Source: Mobula hypostoma
Taxonomy: Eukaryota
NCBI RefSeq assembly: GCF_963921235.1
Contig: NC_086097.1
Coordinates: forward strand, 227,356,001 to 227,420,000
Length of the DNA: 64,000 nucleotides
Reading direction: 5' to 3'
Below the pieces are notes generated by a model. The model made no database searches. It was not told where the DNA came from and worked only from the letters and a program-made list of their open reading frames with translations. This document shows positions 1 through 12,811 of this stretch, piece by piece; position 1 is the stretch's first letter, and every line of letters starts with the position of its first letter. A program made the translations under genes and the position numbers.

Positions 1-651
1 ATATGAATGACAAGTGATAAAGTGTGAAATTATATGCAGGTTATTTCTGTTTGTGGTAAACTTCTAGATTCCATATAGTGGTTGAAATGAATAAAGTCCT
101 AGAAAGACACAGAACAAGCTGAGACAATCAGAATGGGGAATAGATAACAACTTTTCCCTCAGCAAATGTTTACAATGGTACTGAAGCTGAGAGGGATGAG
201 AAAAAATTATATACAGATCCAGTCTTCAGAGTATTTATGTGTTTAATGCCAAATCTCACTCATCGATTGCATAATAAGCGTGATTTAATGTGAAATTCAT
301 GCAATTTACTTGCAAAGGTAAAAACAGATGCTGACAGTTAAAACATTCAAATAGCAAAAGTAACAATGATTATTTTGTGCCTGAAAATAAATCCATATTA
401 CAAATTCCTTCAGTGAAAACTGGATGAGCAGATAATCTTAGTATTGAATTTCAGACTTCTTTGAAACCAGATGGGGAGAAGAAGGTATAGTCTGACTAAG
501 GAGGTTTTCATAATCAATACTGCGCAAAATATATTTGACTGGTTTTTACAGTAATATTCAGAAAGAATTTAAACTTCAAAAAGTATTTAAAAGGTCTGAG
601 CACTTTTATGATAATTTATATTTTTCATATGCATAAAATCCACCATAGATG

Positions 652-1075
652 TTGTACTTTGTACTTTATTGTCGCCAAACAATTGATACTAGAACGTACA
701 ATCATCACAGCGATATTTGGTTCTGCACTTCCCGCTCCCTGGATTACAAATCAATAGTAAATATTAAAAATTTAAATTATAAATCATAAATAGAAAAATG
801 GAAAGTAAGGTAGTGCAAAAAAACGGAGAGACGGGTCCGGATATTTGGAGGGTACGGCCCAGATCTGGGTCAGGATCCATTCAGCAGTCTTATCACAGTT
901 GGAAAGAAGCTGTTCCCAAATCTGGCCGTACAAGTCTTCAAGCTCCTGAGCCTTCTCCCGGAGGGAAGAGGGACGAAAAGTGTGTTGGCTGGGTGGGTCG
1001 TGTCCTTGATTATCCTGGTAGCACTGCTCCGACAGAGTGCGGTGTAAAGTGAGTCCAAGGACGGAAGATTGGTAG
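652..1075 (-). mobile_element. Rex1/Babar-type LINE, 3' end fragment
   Basis: ORF 870-1058(-) reads ...RIIKDTTHPANTLFVPLPSGRRLRSLKTCTARFGNSFFPTVIRLLN, the typical C-terminus of Rex1/Babar-type RT ORFs; short (AAAGTAC)n-like tail near 652-668. Confidence 0.75.
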
Positions 1076-1174
1076 TAATATTTGCATGTTATGCACCATC
1101 ATTAGCCCTTCCTTTTAATTTATCTTCAAGCTAATAAGACATCAAAACAGCTTGTCTTTAGGTAAGAGATCTGT

Positions 1175-1770
1175 CCTTGACCACTATGCAATAGTGCAGC
1201 ATGGTATGGCAAGTGCACTGCAGTGGACAGGAAGGTTCGATAATAGACAGTCAAACTACCCAGTGCATCGCTGGCACCAACCTACCCATCACCAAGGACA
1301 CTTATACGGAAAAGTGCCAGCAAAAGGCTGGTAATATCTTGAAGGGTTTCACCAACCCTGCTCATGGACTGTTTGTCTCACTCCCAACTGGGAGTCAGCT
1401 ACGTGGCATCCACGCCAGGGCCACCAGACTCAAAAATAGTTACCTTCCCCAAGCAGTAAGTATGATCAACACCTCCGTCTACTAACAGAACCCCCCTGCC
1501 CCGCCCCCCCACCACCACATCTACTTTATCATTTCCTGTCAGAGTCACTTTATTTACAGATGCTCATGTGCCTAATGTTACTTTATGGATATAATATCAA
1601 TCTATGTATATAAGCTACCTTATGTATTTATATTTATTCTGTGTTTTTATTATTATGTGCTTTATCTTATCATGCTTTTTGTGCTGCATCAGATCCAGAA
1701 TAACAATTATTTCATTCTCCTTTACACTTGTGTACTGGAAATTACATTAAACAATTTTAAATCTTGAATC
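1175..1770 (+). mobile_element. Rex1/Babar-type LINE, 3' end fragment
   Basis: ORF 1201-1485 ends in HGLFVSLPTGSQLRGIHARATRLKNSYLPQAV, followed by an AT-rich 3' UTR. Confidence 0.7.
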
Positions 1771-1891
1771 ACATGTATACTGGCTAGTGTAGGTTTTACT
1801 TTTCCATTCTTGACTTTGACCACTTCACTACCTGCATTGAAAGGGGTATCACAGACATGTCACAAACAAACTGATGGAGTAACTCAGTAGC

Positions 1892-2951
1892 TGTCATGAT
1901 CCGGTCCATGAAGTCCATATTCTGGTTCACGGTCCGGTCCATCGACCCTTGCTCCAGGTTTTCCAGTCTACCCTGTTTCTGTTCTTGGTGAGCTCTAATT
2001 GAGGCAGCTGATGCTCGTTGGGGCTGGCTGCATAAATACCATCAGAGACCAGGGTGTGGCTACTGGATTGTTCTTGTCCTTACTCCTTGTATCCCTTCCT
2101 CTGCCCTCTGTTTCCTCGCCTGAAGCCCTACCTTGTCTTGCCGGTAACTCTCGCCTCGCCTGAAGTTCTGGTCTCGCCTTGCTTTGCCAGCAGCCTTGCC
2201 TTGTCTTGCCGGTAACCCTTGCCTCACCTGAAGTTCTCGTCTCTCCTTGCAATGCCTGAAGCCTTGCCTTGTCTTGCTGATAACTCTCGCCTCGTCTCGC
2301 CTGCAGTCTTGTCCTGGAGCCACCCTGTACCTAGCTCCCTTCCTGTCCCTTGCCTCCGCCCAGGTAAGCCAGGACGTCTTACCGTTACCTGCGGTTGGTT
2401 CTGTCCCTTGCCTCCGTCAGGTAAGCCAGGCCATCTTGCCGTTACCTGCGGTTGGTTCTGTCCCTTCCTGTCCCTTGCCTCCGTCGGGTGGTAATCCGCG
2501 CCCTGCCCAGGAGTACCACGCCCTGCCCAGGTGAACCGCGCCCTGCCCAGGAGGAGCCTGCCTAGCTTCAAGCCTGAAGACCTCAGCCTCCTGCCTCTTG
2601 CCAAGCCTCATCTCTAGCCTCCAGCCTGAAGACTCCAGCCTCCTGCCTCCTGCCAAGCCTCGCCTCTAGCCTCAAGCCTGAAGACACCAGCCTCGTTCTG
2701 CCTGCCTGCCAAGCCTCGTCCTTGCCTAGTTCTGGGGTCCGAGCCAGAGGCAAGACCCAGGTACTGGGTCCTTGTCCAGTCTCTGGCTCGGAGTCCAAGC
2801 CCGGGCTCCTAGCTCTCTTGTCCAGTCCTGTTCCGGGTTCCCGGTTTTCGTGTCCATGTCCTTGCCCTCAGCCTGTATCCTAGTCCTGTCCCTAGTACTT
2901 CAGTGTCTGTGTTTTGCACTTGGGTCCGTTCCCAGCCACCACCTTATGACA
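1892..2951 (+). mobile_element. Solo LTR (Gypsy-like)
   Basis: Begins TGTCATGA and ends TTATGACA (TG...CA, short inverted termini). Flanks GTAGC (1887-1891) and GTAGG (2952-2956) form a 4-5 bp TSD. TATA-like CATAAATA at about 2031. Confidence 0.75.
2105..2725. repeat. Nested tandem-repeat arrays inside the LTR (roughly 20-56 bp units)
   Basis: Repeats such as ctcgcctgaag...cttgtcttgccggtaac, ccgttacctgcggttggttctgtccctt, cgccctgcccagg and gcctgaagac...cagcctcctgcctc. Confidence 0.85.
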
Positions 2952-3599
2952 GTAGGTCAGAATTTGTCTGTGGAGTTGATGTTTCAGGTCAAGGCCCTTT
3001 ATCAGATCCTGATGCAAAGTCTTGACCAAAATTATCAGTGATCCCTCTGCCTCCAGACATGCTGCCTGACCCACTGAGTTCCCCCAGCAGTTTGATTATT
3101 TTTTTGCATTGCAAACTGCCTCTCTAACTTTCTAGCTAAAAATTACCTGTAACGAAACATTGTGAAGAGCAACCTTTTGACTTCCACTCTCACTACAAAT
3201 TCCATTCTCAGGCTGTTAATCCCATTCAGTATAGACATACGAAATATAGCTGCAATACATATTTTAAAAATGAATGATTAAGCTGAATCTTGTATTCTTT
3301 CCATCAGTAATATTGTTGAATTCCTGACCTGTAATATTAGTCTCTGCTTTACCTCAACCCATTTGCTGCTACCCATTCTTTTATAATTTCAGTTCAATTA
3401 TTATAACATTCTCAAGATCTGCTTTGGTTCCACCCTGCTGCTTGGACTCTAACCTTTGAGTTCTATTCTCTGATCAACTCATAGTTAATATGTTACATCA
3501 TAGTCATGAACACTGATAAAATATCATTCACCATATCTCCAATTTACAGTGTTCATCCTTGTGTTCACATTCCTTTCTTTCTGATTTTCTCCCACAAAA

Positions 3600-4045
3600 T
3601 AACCATCTGAGAACTCGCTTCCATGGACTCTGTCAATACTCCTCGCTGCCTCACTAAAGCAGCCAACATAATCAAAGACCCTCCCCATCCCCAGAAACTC
3701 TGTCTTCTCCCCTCTCCCATTAGGCAGAAGATACAGAAGCCTGAGAGCACATACCACTAGGCTCAAGGACAGCTTCTACCCTGCTGTAATAAAACCATTA
3801 AATGGTTCCCTGATACGATAAAGTGGATTTTTAACCTCACAATCAACCTCATTATGATTTTGCACCTTATGTTTACCCTTTCTCTGCAGCTGTTATGCTT
3901 TATTGTGCATTGTTATTGTTTACTTTGTTCTGCCTAAGTACACTGTGTAATGATTTGATCTGTATGAACTGTATACAAGACAAGCTTCTCACTGTATAGA
4001 TACATGTGACAATAATAAACCAACTCCAATCCCAATTCAATTTCC
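3600..4045 (+). mobile_element. Rex1/Babar-type LINE, 3' end fragment
   Basis: cttccatggactctgtcaatactcctcgctgcc...ataatcaaagacccctcccatccc...ctcaaggacagcttctacc, then a 3' UTR ending gacaataataaac plus a short repeat tail. Confidence 0.7.
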
Positions 4046-4789
4046 ATCTCCCACTGTTATGGAGAAAGGAGATAAAAGGAAAATTCCACAATTGGCTTAT
4101 TAGTTACCTCAGAACTCACCCTCTTCCCTGCCCCCCACCAACTAGAGCCTGTGTGGCTACCTAGCCATGAGCTACTACCTATGAGAGAGATTGTGTCCAG
4201 TAGTTCACACAAATAACACCCAAATATTTCATGAGGCAATGTTGATTGGCTAATAATTACAGCCTGCTCTGATAACTGTAAGTCATTTTGCATTAAATAC
4301 TTAGAATAAACATAATATTACAAATTCAGTGATAGAGGAGTTCATTCCTAATAAATAGTAAGCAATTTGTTTATAATAGGCTATATTGAAAGAAACATTG
4401 AAAATTAGGAATGTTCTTTTTAAGAGACTAAATTTTTGGAGACAATTTTTAGTTGGGAAGCTGTAACATTATAGTATCTGAGTAATAGAATTATGTAATA
4501 TAAGAGTCCCTCTGCACATAAATATGCAACAATGTTTTTTATAATTGTGAAAAGCTGAGTTTCCTTTTAATTTCTGCTAAATTTAGAGCAATAAGTTCAA
4601 TACAATGCATTGGTAATATCTATCATTGTCAATCATTGCTCTTATCTGGTACTAACATGACTTTCCAGAAGAAACTGGCAATCCTTAAAAACCCACTGAT
4701 ATATTCAAAAATTGTTAATTATCCAGGACTAACTTCTATTCATTTTCCCTGAACTTCACTGCACACCTATCCCAAGTATAGGCACCACA

Positions 4790-6240
4790 ACAGAATCAGA
4801 ATCAGGTTTAATATCACCGGCATACATTATGAAATTTGTAGTTTGCAGAGGCAGTATGTAGCAACATATAGTAATAAAAATTATAAATTAAAATATGAAG
4901 TACATATTTAAAATATATTAAATACGTAGTGCAAAATGAGAAGGAAAAAATACTGAGATAGTGTACTGAGATAGTTCATTCTTCATTCAGAAATCTGATG
5001 GCAGAGGGGGAGATGCTGTTCCTGAAATGTTGAGTGTGTGCCTTCAGGGTCCTGTACCACCTCCTTGATGGTAGCATTAAGTAGAGCGTACGTCGTGGGT
5101 GATGGGGGTCCTTATTGATGGATGGCGCTTTTTTGAGGCATTGCCTTTTGAAGGTGTCCTGCATGCTGAGTAACTGGTCCCCATGATGGAACTAGCTAAG
5201 TTTACAACTTTCTGCAGCTTTTTCGTATTTCATGCAGTGGCACTGCCATGCAAGACAATGATGAACGAGTTAGAATGCTCTCCATGGTACATATGTAGAA
5301 ATTTGCAAGTGTCTTTACCAATTTTTCACAAACTCCTAATGTAATATAGCTGCTTTGTTGTACCTTCTTTGTAATTGCATCAATATGTTGGGTCCAGAAT
5401 AGATCCTCAGAGATGTTGACACCCAGGAACTTGAAACTGCTCCCTCTTTCCAATTCTGATCCCTCAATGAGGACTGGAGTGTGTTCCCTCGACTTCCCCT
5501 TCCTGGTCCACAGTGAATTTACTGGTCTTACTGACGTTGAGTGTAAGGTTGTTGCTGCAACAGCACTCAACCAGCTGATCTGTCTCACTCCTGTACACCT
5601 CCTCATCACTATCCAAGATTATGCCAACATTAGCTGTGTTGTTGGCAAATTTATAGCTGGTGTTTGAGCTGTGTCTAGCCACACAGTCGTGGGTGTAGAG
5701 AGAGTAGAGCAGTGGGTTAAACATGCATCCTAGAGGTGCACCAGTGTTGATTATCAGTGAGGAGGAGAAATTATTTAAGTGGTTTTCTGGTGAGGAAGTC
5801 AAAGATCCAGTTGCAGAGACCTACATTTTGGAGATGTTTGATTAGAACTCAGGTTATGGCTGTGCTGAATGCTGGAGTGCAGCCAATAAATAGCAGCCTT
5901 TTGCAAGTATTGCTATTGTCCAGATGATCCAAGGCCAAGGGAAGAGCCATTGAGATTGCGTCCGCTGTAGACCAATTGTGGCGATAGGCAAATTGCAGCA
6001 GGTCTGGGTTATTGCTTAGGCAGAAGTTGCCATGACCAACCTTTCAAAGCAATTCATCACAGTAAATGTGAGTGCCACTAGCTAATAGTCATTGAGACAG
6101 CTCACCAAGCTCTTTTTGGGCACTGGTATGATTGTCACACTTCTGAAGCAGGTGGGAACCTCCGACTGCAGCAGTGAGAGATTAAAGATGTCCTTGTACA
6201 TTCCCGACCGCTGATAGGCGAAGGTTTTCAGAGCCTGGTC
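4790..6240 (-). mobile_element. Rex1/Babar-type LINE, 5'-truncated, frameshifted RT
   Basis: ORFs 5464-5802, 5202-5609 and 4976-5164 give NTGAPLGCMFNPLLYSLYTHDC...YKFANNT, FKFLGVNISEDL and HFRNSISPSAIRFLN; (AATCAG)n tail near 4792-4805. Confidence 0.85.
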
Positions 6241-6384
6241 ACACAAGATGTGCCAACAAAAATACTATGATATAGGTTTACTTGCCACACCTGAAGATTG
6301 ATGTTACTCTGCCATCTTATAAAGCTATTTAGTGTTTTAAACATTTTGTCAAGTTTTTAATCAATTCTGTAAACAATAAAGCAT

Positions 6385-6925
6385 GGGACTGGTGATGTGA
6401 GGAGAAGTGAGTTACTATTGATAATGCTGGGGTTGCCTATTGTGTCCAGTGCTCCAGTGCTCCAGTGCTCCTGACGCAGGGAACCCCTTCGTCGAACATC
6501 TCTGATCCATCCGCCAAAAGCGGAACTTCACAAGAGCCAAACATTTTAATTTCTGTTCTGACATGTTGGGCCACGGCCTTCCTTTGTGCCACCCTCAGGG
6601 TGAAGGAGCCACACCTTGTTTCTGTCTGGGTAGCCTCTGACCTGATGGCATTTCTATTAATTTCTCCTTCTGGTTTAAAAAAAAATCCCCCACCCTGCTC
6701 TTTTCTTCTGTTCCCTACTCCGGCCTCTTACCTCTTCTTAGTTGCCTATCACCTCCCCCGATGCCTCTCCCCCTTCCTTCTCCTATGGTCTGCTCTTATC
6801 TCCTATCAGATTCCATCCTCCCCAGCCCTTTATTTCCATGGATGCTGACTGATCTGCTGAGTTCCTCCAGCATTTTGTATGTGTTGCTTTAGGTTTCCAG
6901 CATCTGAAGAATTCCTCATGTTTAT
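6385..6925 (+). mobile_element. Penelope-like element, degraded GIY-YIG 3' part and pLTR
   Basis: Similar to the 34303-35610 copy (ggggttgcctattgtgtccagtgctc; gccaccctcagggtgaaggagccacacctt...ctgggtagcctc; pLTR tail ...tttccagcatctgaagaattcctcatgttt). Confidence 0.7.
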
Positions 6926-7994
6926 CTTTACACAGATGTCCAGGTAACACCAATTGTACACAGGGAGGATCAATGTGAGAATTTCCAGGTTTAACAGAAG
7001 AAATGTCAGCTCGGGAGATGATGACTAACTATGTTTTTCCTCTTTGGCCTTTCATCCATTTCCACTAATATCACATGTCCATGATAACTAGTGCACAGAG
7101 AATAAAACCAAATGCTGCTTGGAAGCCAGTAGCAAAATCAGACCAGTCAGGACTCTGTAAAGGATTAAAGCTGGCTATGATTTTGTAGCAGAGGGGAAAA
7201 AAAAGAATATGCAAATGATCAGAAGAATGCTGGTTGAGGAAAAGCCTGCTGAAAGTATAGGAGAGCAACATCCGTGACACAGTCACAAACTAACATAGTG
7301 TTAACATGGAATTTCAAGGATAATTTAAAGGGAGACGCAAATACAGAGTGATAGAGTTGCAAAGGTCAAATAGTAATTTCTTTGTCAAATCTTTGGAATG
7401 CATATTAATGTGTAGGTGTACAGGCTGAAGGACTTGATTAATGTTGAGAAACCCAGATAGATATGATGTTTATTTGTCAGTGATGTTTTAACACAGCTAA
7501 AACAACATCATATGGTTTATGGTTATCCTAACCAATTAGTATCTGTATGCATTATAATGATCCTCCATTGGGAACAGGTTCTCTTTATTCACTTGGTTTT
7601 AGATTTTTCTTGATAGAACGCATCTATCAAGGCTTTTTAAAGGAGAATATCCCACCTACTTCTTCCACCCACATAATTAAACGATGGATCTATTCCTGCA
7701 CCTTTACTAAATCTTCACAGCCTTCTTGAAGCACAGTCTTCAGAAATAAACATGATACCTCAGTAATGCCAACCCAGGATGTTATAAAGGTTTAACCTAG
7801 TTCCCTTTCTTTTCTCTTATAAAAAGTTTTTATTAAAACCCCAGAATTCCCTTTCTTCCATCTACGTTTGTACTTTTTCAAACTTATTACCATCTTCAAA
7901 GATTTTTGTACATATGCATCCAGGTCTTTCTGTTAGAATTCTATTTTTATTGTATTATCTATCCTTATTCTTCCCAACAAAATTTACTTATTTA

Positions 7995-8262
7995 GGGATA
8001 GAGCACAGAATAGGTTATTTTGACCCTTTGGCCCACACTGACTAGCAACCCCCAACAGCTCCAATTTAACCCTAACCTAGTCATGGGAGAATTTACAATG
8101 AATACTTAACCTACCTGGTACATCTTTAGACTGTGGGAAGAAACCAGAGGACCCTGATAAAACCCACACATTCCACAGGAAGGACATACAGAAATTCCTT
8201 ACAAAGAACGCCAGGATTGATCTCTGAACTCTGAATAGCGGGCTCTTTAAAATTGTGCCCTG
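7995..8262 (-). mobile_element. V-SINE/HE1-type SINE
   Basis: Reverse complement of the V-core (gggtcctctggtttcttcccacagtctaaagatgtacc-aggtaggtt...attgtaaatt), with a CR1-like tail. Confidence 0.7.
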
Positions 8263-8271
8263 TTTTCTCAG

Positions 8272-8380
8272 GTCTAAGCCATTAATTAACAAAAGCTGTT
8301 CTGAAAGGGACATAACACGGTACAAACAGCACTGCTCCAGATACTGTGGTGAATCACAACTGAATGAATGGATGCTGGAG
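8272..8380 (+). CDS. Candidate internal exon of the host gene (unconfirmed)
   Basis: Acceptor ctgttttctcag| and donor GAG|gtgagg; one open frame, SKPLINKSCSERDITRYKQHCSRYCGESQLNEWMLE; ends in phase 0, compatible with exon 16402. No recognisable homology. Confidence 0.25.
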
Positions 8381-9099
8381 GTGAGGAGAGAAGGAGTGAG
8401 GGAGACTGATCTATTGGAGTCAGGCAGAGACCATTGCCTGCAGGAAACATGAGGATAACAAAGATCTAACAGGACGTGGGGAGGGACACCTCTGTGAAGA
8501 TATCTATGCCCGTCTGGGGAAGACAGCCGTGTAGCCATTGACTGTGCCCACTGTGTCAAGTCTCTTAAGCTGAAGGAACAGTGATGAAGCCTCCTCCTTT
8601 TATATTGATATAACGGTAGCAGAAGCTGGGGTACTGAGGTGGCCCTGGCATCCATGGGTAAAACAGTTCAGGTGCATAAATGAGATTGCATTGTACGTCA
8701 GAGATCTCATTGAGGGCAAACAAAGTTTGAATGTTGGTCCTTTAGTGGGCACAGTTCCAGCGGAAATCAGTGTTAATAAAATATTGTTGTTCAACAAGTA
8801 AACAGAAGCAGTTGTTTTTCAGATCAATGGTTTCGCTAGAAATACATTTTGCATGTTGCACTATTGTCATCACTTGGAAAGTTTTACATCAGGAAAAAAT
8901 ATGCTACGAAAAAACAAAAGTTATGCTAAAGCATTAAGAGTTGAATTTCACAACAGAAAAGTGTACAGGTTATGTAATTTTTCAAATCACAGCATTTTCG
9001 TTTGGAGTTGTGCAAAGCTTTCTAAGCCCAGTATCATCTTAATCATCCTAATTAATTATATCTTCAACAAATTCCTGATAACTTGTCATTTTTAATTTC

Positions 9100-9945
9100 A
9101 TGCTAAGAAACTGCAAATATAAAAGAAAAATAAGTAAGTAAGTAAGTAAATAAATAAAAAAAAAAGCAATAAGTTTCAAGAACGTGAGATGAAGAGTCCT
9201 TAAAAGTGAATCCATAAGTTCTGGGAACAGTTCAGTGATGGGCTGAGTGAGGTTGATTGAAGTTATCCACTCTGGTTCAAGAACCTGGTGGTTGACAAGT
9301 AATAACTGTTCTTGAACCTGATGTATGGGTTCGGAAGCTCCTATACCTTCTTCCTGATGGACGGAATGAGAAGACAGCATGCCCTGGGTGGTGGGCTCCT
9401 TGATGATGGATGCTGCTTTCGTATGAAACTGATCCATATAGATGTGCTTAACGGTGGGGGAGGCTTCACCCATGATGGATTGGGCAGTATCCACTACTTT
9501 TTGGAGGATTTTCCATTCATGCAACCAGTCAATATACTCTCTATCACACATCTACGTATAGAAGTTGCCAAAGTTTCAGATATTATGCTGAATCTTCGCT
9601 AATTTCTAGGGAATTGACAGCTTTCTTCATATTGGCGCTTATGTGATGTGTGATTATGAGCTTATTGCTGACCCTTTCCATCTCTTGATAAGGACCGGCT
9701 CATGCACCCCTGGTTCCCTCCTCCTGAAGTCAATAATCAACTCCTTGGTCTTGATGTCATTGAAAGAGATGTTGTTGTTGTGGCACCACTCAGATTTTCA
9801 GTCTCCCTCTTATATGCTGATTCGTCACCACCTTTGATTCGGCAAACAACAGTGGTGTCATCAGCAAACTTAAATAAGGCATCAGAGCTGTGTTTAGCCT
9901 CACAGTCAAAAATATAAAGCAAGTCAAGCAGGGGTCTAAGCACAC
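9100..9945 (-). mobile_element. Rex1/Babar-type LINE fragment with internal deletions
   Basis: PLLDLLYIFDCEAKHSSDALFKFADDTTVV (9737-9943) and LQKVVDTAQSIMG...KAASIIKEP (9048-9551). Confidence 0.8.
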
Positions 9946-10039
9946 TGCATTGTGTACTACATTGCCCACCTTCCAGTGCTCTGGCACCAATATCATCAAA
10001 TTTGCAACTCTATCTCCACCCTTCTCTAGATTTGTGAAA

Positions 10040-10330
10040 TAAAAGCTTTATCTAGTAGCACATGATTCAGTTACTAAGTGACCCTAGTTTAAAGTGATGG
10101 TCAAAACATTCAAGGGAATGTGAGATAGAACACTTTTCTGCAGAGCAGTTATAATCTGGTCTCAATGTCTGTGGCTGTGGTGGAAACATACACTCAGTGC
10201 TATCCAAGGGGATTTGGATCAGCGCTGAAAGAAAATCTTTTGGGGAAATGGATAGAGATGTTGCTCCATAATGAGGCAACACAGACTCAATAGGCCAATG
10301 GCTGCCCTTGTTCTTTGCCCTACTGCTTCA
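10040..10330 (+). mobile_element. Old CR1 LINE 3' end
   Basis: acttttctgcagagcagttataatctgg...actcaataggccaatggctgcc...ttcaatgattcta resembles the CR1 3' ends elsewhere in the window. Confidence 0.5.
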
Positions 10331-11283
10331 ATGATTCTAACTGATCTTGCAAATCTGCTGCAAAACTGCGCCTCTGGAGATCTTTCATGTGTTCTGACAC
10401 ATGAGAGCAGCTCACGTACACACAAGTGGCAGCACAAAGGTGATTCAAAATGAAATGTCTTTAAGGTGTGACTGCACTTGCCTGGCATTGTTCCTTTGAT
10501 GATCCTACTCCAGAAATTACAAATAAAGACGTGTGCCCATAGGAATTCTGCTGACAGCGTCAGCTCTGTATAATATCACAGAAAGAAGACGCAGTGCAGA
10601 TTTAATTAGCTGTCAAGAAGAGATCTTCAATTTCTTCTAATCATCAACAGTTCCAAAATAGTCAGTTGCTCAGAGTCAGCAATGTATCTTTAACAATAAG
10701 CATCTCAATGAAGTTAGCAGGTCTCTCTTATACTGTTAGTGATTTCATAAAATGACTGACTTCAATTGGAAAACTGCTCATACAACTTTAATCCAGAGGG
10801 AATGCTCGCGGAATCTGCACCTGTCTTTTTCCTGAAAGATTGTCCATTTACTCATGAGCCCATCTTCTGACTATTTTGCATTAATATGATTGTTTATGCC
10901 GAGTTGACTATCATTCTCCAAAATGGGAATAAAACCATCCACTTAGTATGCTTGTACAAAAGCAGCTATTCCAATTCCTTATATGTTTATGTGCCATCTA
11001 GTCAGATCATGCCATACATACATACTGTGAGTTTGCTGAGCTGGTAAAACAAAACACAGAATGAAGAATATAGAATCATGACTACAAAGAAAGTGTAAGC
11101 TATCAAAGTGCAAGGGCAAGTTCGAGCAAGATAAAGAGGTCAAGAGTTTAGCGTGAGAGGTCTGATAACAGCAGGGTAGAAGATGTTGAGTCCGTTGGTA
11201 TGTGCTTTCAAGCTTTGATATTTCTAGCCATTGAGAAAGGGGAGAAGAAAGAATGACTGGGATAGGAAGGGTCCTTGATTATA

Positions 11284-12780
11284 CACCCTATCCTCATTAT
11301 ATGTGAGGGATACGTTCCTCGAAGTTGACGCATAATGTGAAATCGCATAATGTGAATAATTATTTAAATGGAGAAAATAGGGATGCATTCCAGAGGGCTT
11401 CCTAAGTATGTTTTACCTGTAACTTATTCACATTTTTATACCAATACGACACAAAAGCAGAACTACAAGACAATATTTGTATTGATATTTAATCAATTTA
11501 AGGTAATATTCAATGTAATACATCATAGAAAGTTAACATCCTCTGGTGTACAGTACTCACCAACGGCGGCAGGTGTGTTCACTCCAGGAGATGAGTGGTT
11601 GTTGTGGTGTCGGGCAGCTTTACACGGATCTTTCAACTGAAGCTACAAGCATTCTTCAAATCCTTCCCCATCTTTCATTCTTCAGGCCTGACGAAGGGTT
11701 CCGGCCCGAAACGTCAACTGATCGTTTCTGACTGATGCTGCCTGACCTGCTGAGTCCATCCAGCGTACTGAAAGTGTTGCTTTGATCACAGCAGCTACAG
11801 ATTATTTTGTGTTTACATGGATAAGGTGGATGGTTGTGGTCGTCAGGATAATATCAAGCACAGCAAGGGGTGAAGGAAGACTCACAAAACTCTTAGAACT
11901 GCTGGCAGCAGAAAGATTACAGCGATTTGCATAAAGTGGTGATGGTTGTTTGCTTAGCAGCATTTTGTTTTTCAGCGTAAATTTGCTTGTAGGGAAGAAG
12001 GGTTGACAGCAGGGAACGACTGAAATGCTGACTCCGTTCTAAACTTGGGTCCATGTCCATCGCCATTTGTGTTCCGACTTCCACCATTCCCTCACTGTTG
12101 GTAAACTCCCGGGATTTTCAAAATCATCTGTTGTTTGCAGCATCTGAGAGATAGTTCGCCGTAAAAAAAAACGTACGCCTTGAATGTGGATTACACCGGT
12201 CGAGTGGTTGAATCATCGATGTTGTGTTAGGCGTCAGGAAACGCACTGTTATGTTAGGATGAATGCTGTCCAAATGTTTAGGATGGGCTGGCGCATTGTC
12301 AAGCAACAGAAGAACTTTAAAGGCAAGATTCTGTTCCTGGCAGTAGATGCCACGCTGTTTATAATTTCCAACTTTTTTTCATGTGTTAAAGTGGTTCTCT
12401 GCTGCTCGGCTGACAGCCCAAGACATGACATCGGACGCTTAGGAGGCATAGTTAAATATTTCAAGCACAAAATCACTGCACCGTAGGTAAAACCAACAGA
12501 AGTTTAAGATCGCGCATCCACACGTTGCCAAAACCAATGCGAGAGTGGCGGGAGTGAGATTGTGAGGTGCACGCACCTGACTTGTATTGGCGGGAAAGCG
12601 GTGCTTCTCATCCCAACAGTGAGACTGTGGGGTGTGCACACGTGACTTGTATTGGCGGGAAGGCAGTGCTCCTTGCATAACTGAATTTTGAATGCATATA
12701 ACGAGACCTTGGTAGAAATAGGTTCCTCACATAACTGTGAATCCACATAGTCTGAAGACGCGTATAACGAGGATAGGATG
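11284..12780 (-). mobile_element. pogo/Tigger-type DNA transposon, internally deleted
   Basis: TIRs CACCCTATCCTCATTATATGTG and CATCCTATCCTCGTTATACGCG (rc of right end), with TA on both sides. Transposase relics MPPKRP...TLTHEKKLEII and LLLDNAPAHP...FLTPNTTSMIQPLD. Interrupts a Rex-type 3' fragment (about 11050-11283 and 12781-12812). Confidence 0.9.
11681..11815 (+). mobile_element. Penelope pLTR with hammerhead motif, inside the Tigger element
   Basis: cctgacgaagggttccggcccgaaacgtc...attattttgtgtttac; same subfamily as 56845-56995. Confidence 0.8.
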
Positions 12781-12811
12781 TATTGGCTGTTTTCGCGAGG
12801 CAGCTGAGAGT

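Larger units (their letters stand above)
1861..3095. mobile_element. Degenerate inverted pair of Penelope pseudo-LTRs, split by a solo LTR
   Basis: aactcagtag (1881-1890) continues as gtcag... after 2956; inverted pLTR halves meet at about 3007 (gccctttatcagat/cctgatgcaaagtcttgacc). Confidence 0.55.

Noticed and set aside
2105..2725. Regularly spaced repeats resembling a CRISPR array; overlapping R/G-rich ORFs
   Set aside because: Units are degenerate tandem copies without unique spacers, inside an LTR in eukaryotic DNA. The ORFs are by-products of the repeats.
8077..8655. 192-aa minus-strand ORF
   Set aside because: Runs into SINE sequence; no homology or coding-like composition.
8823..8968. 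AG...GT-bounded open frame
   Set aside because: Peptide unrecognisable and its end phase (2) is incompatible with exon 16402. It may be a relic but cannot be supported.
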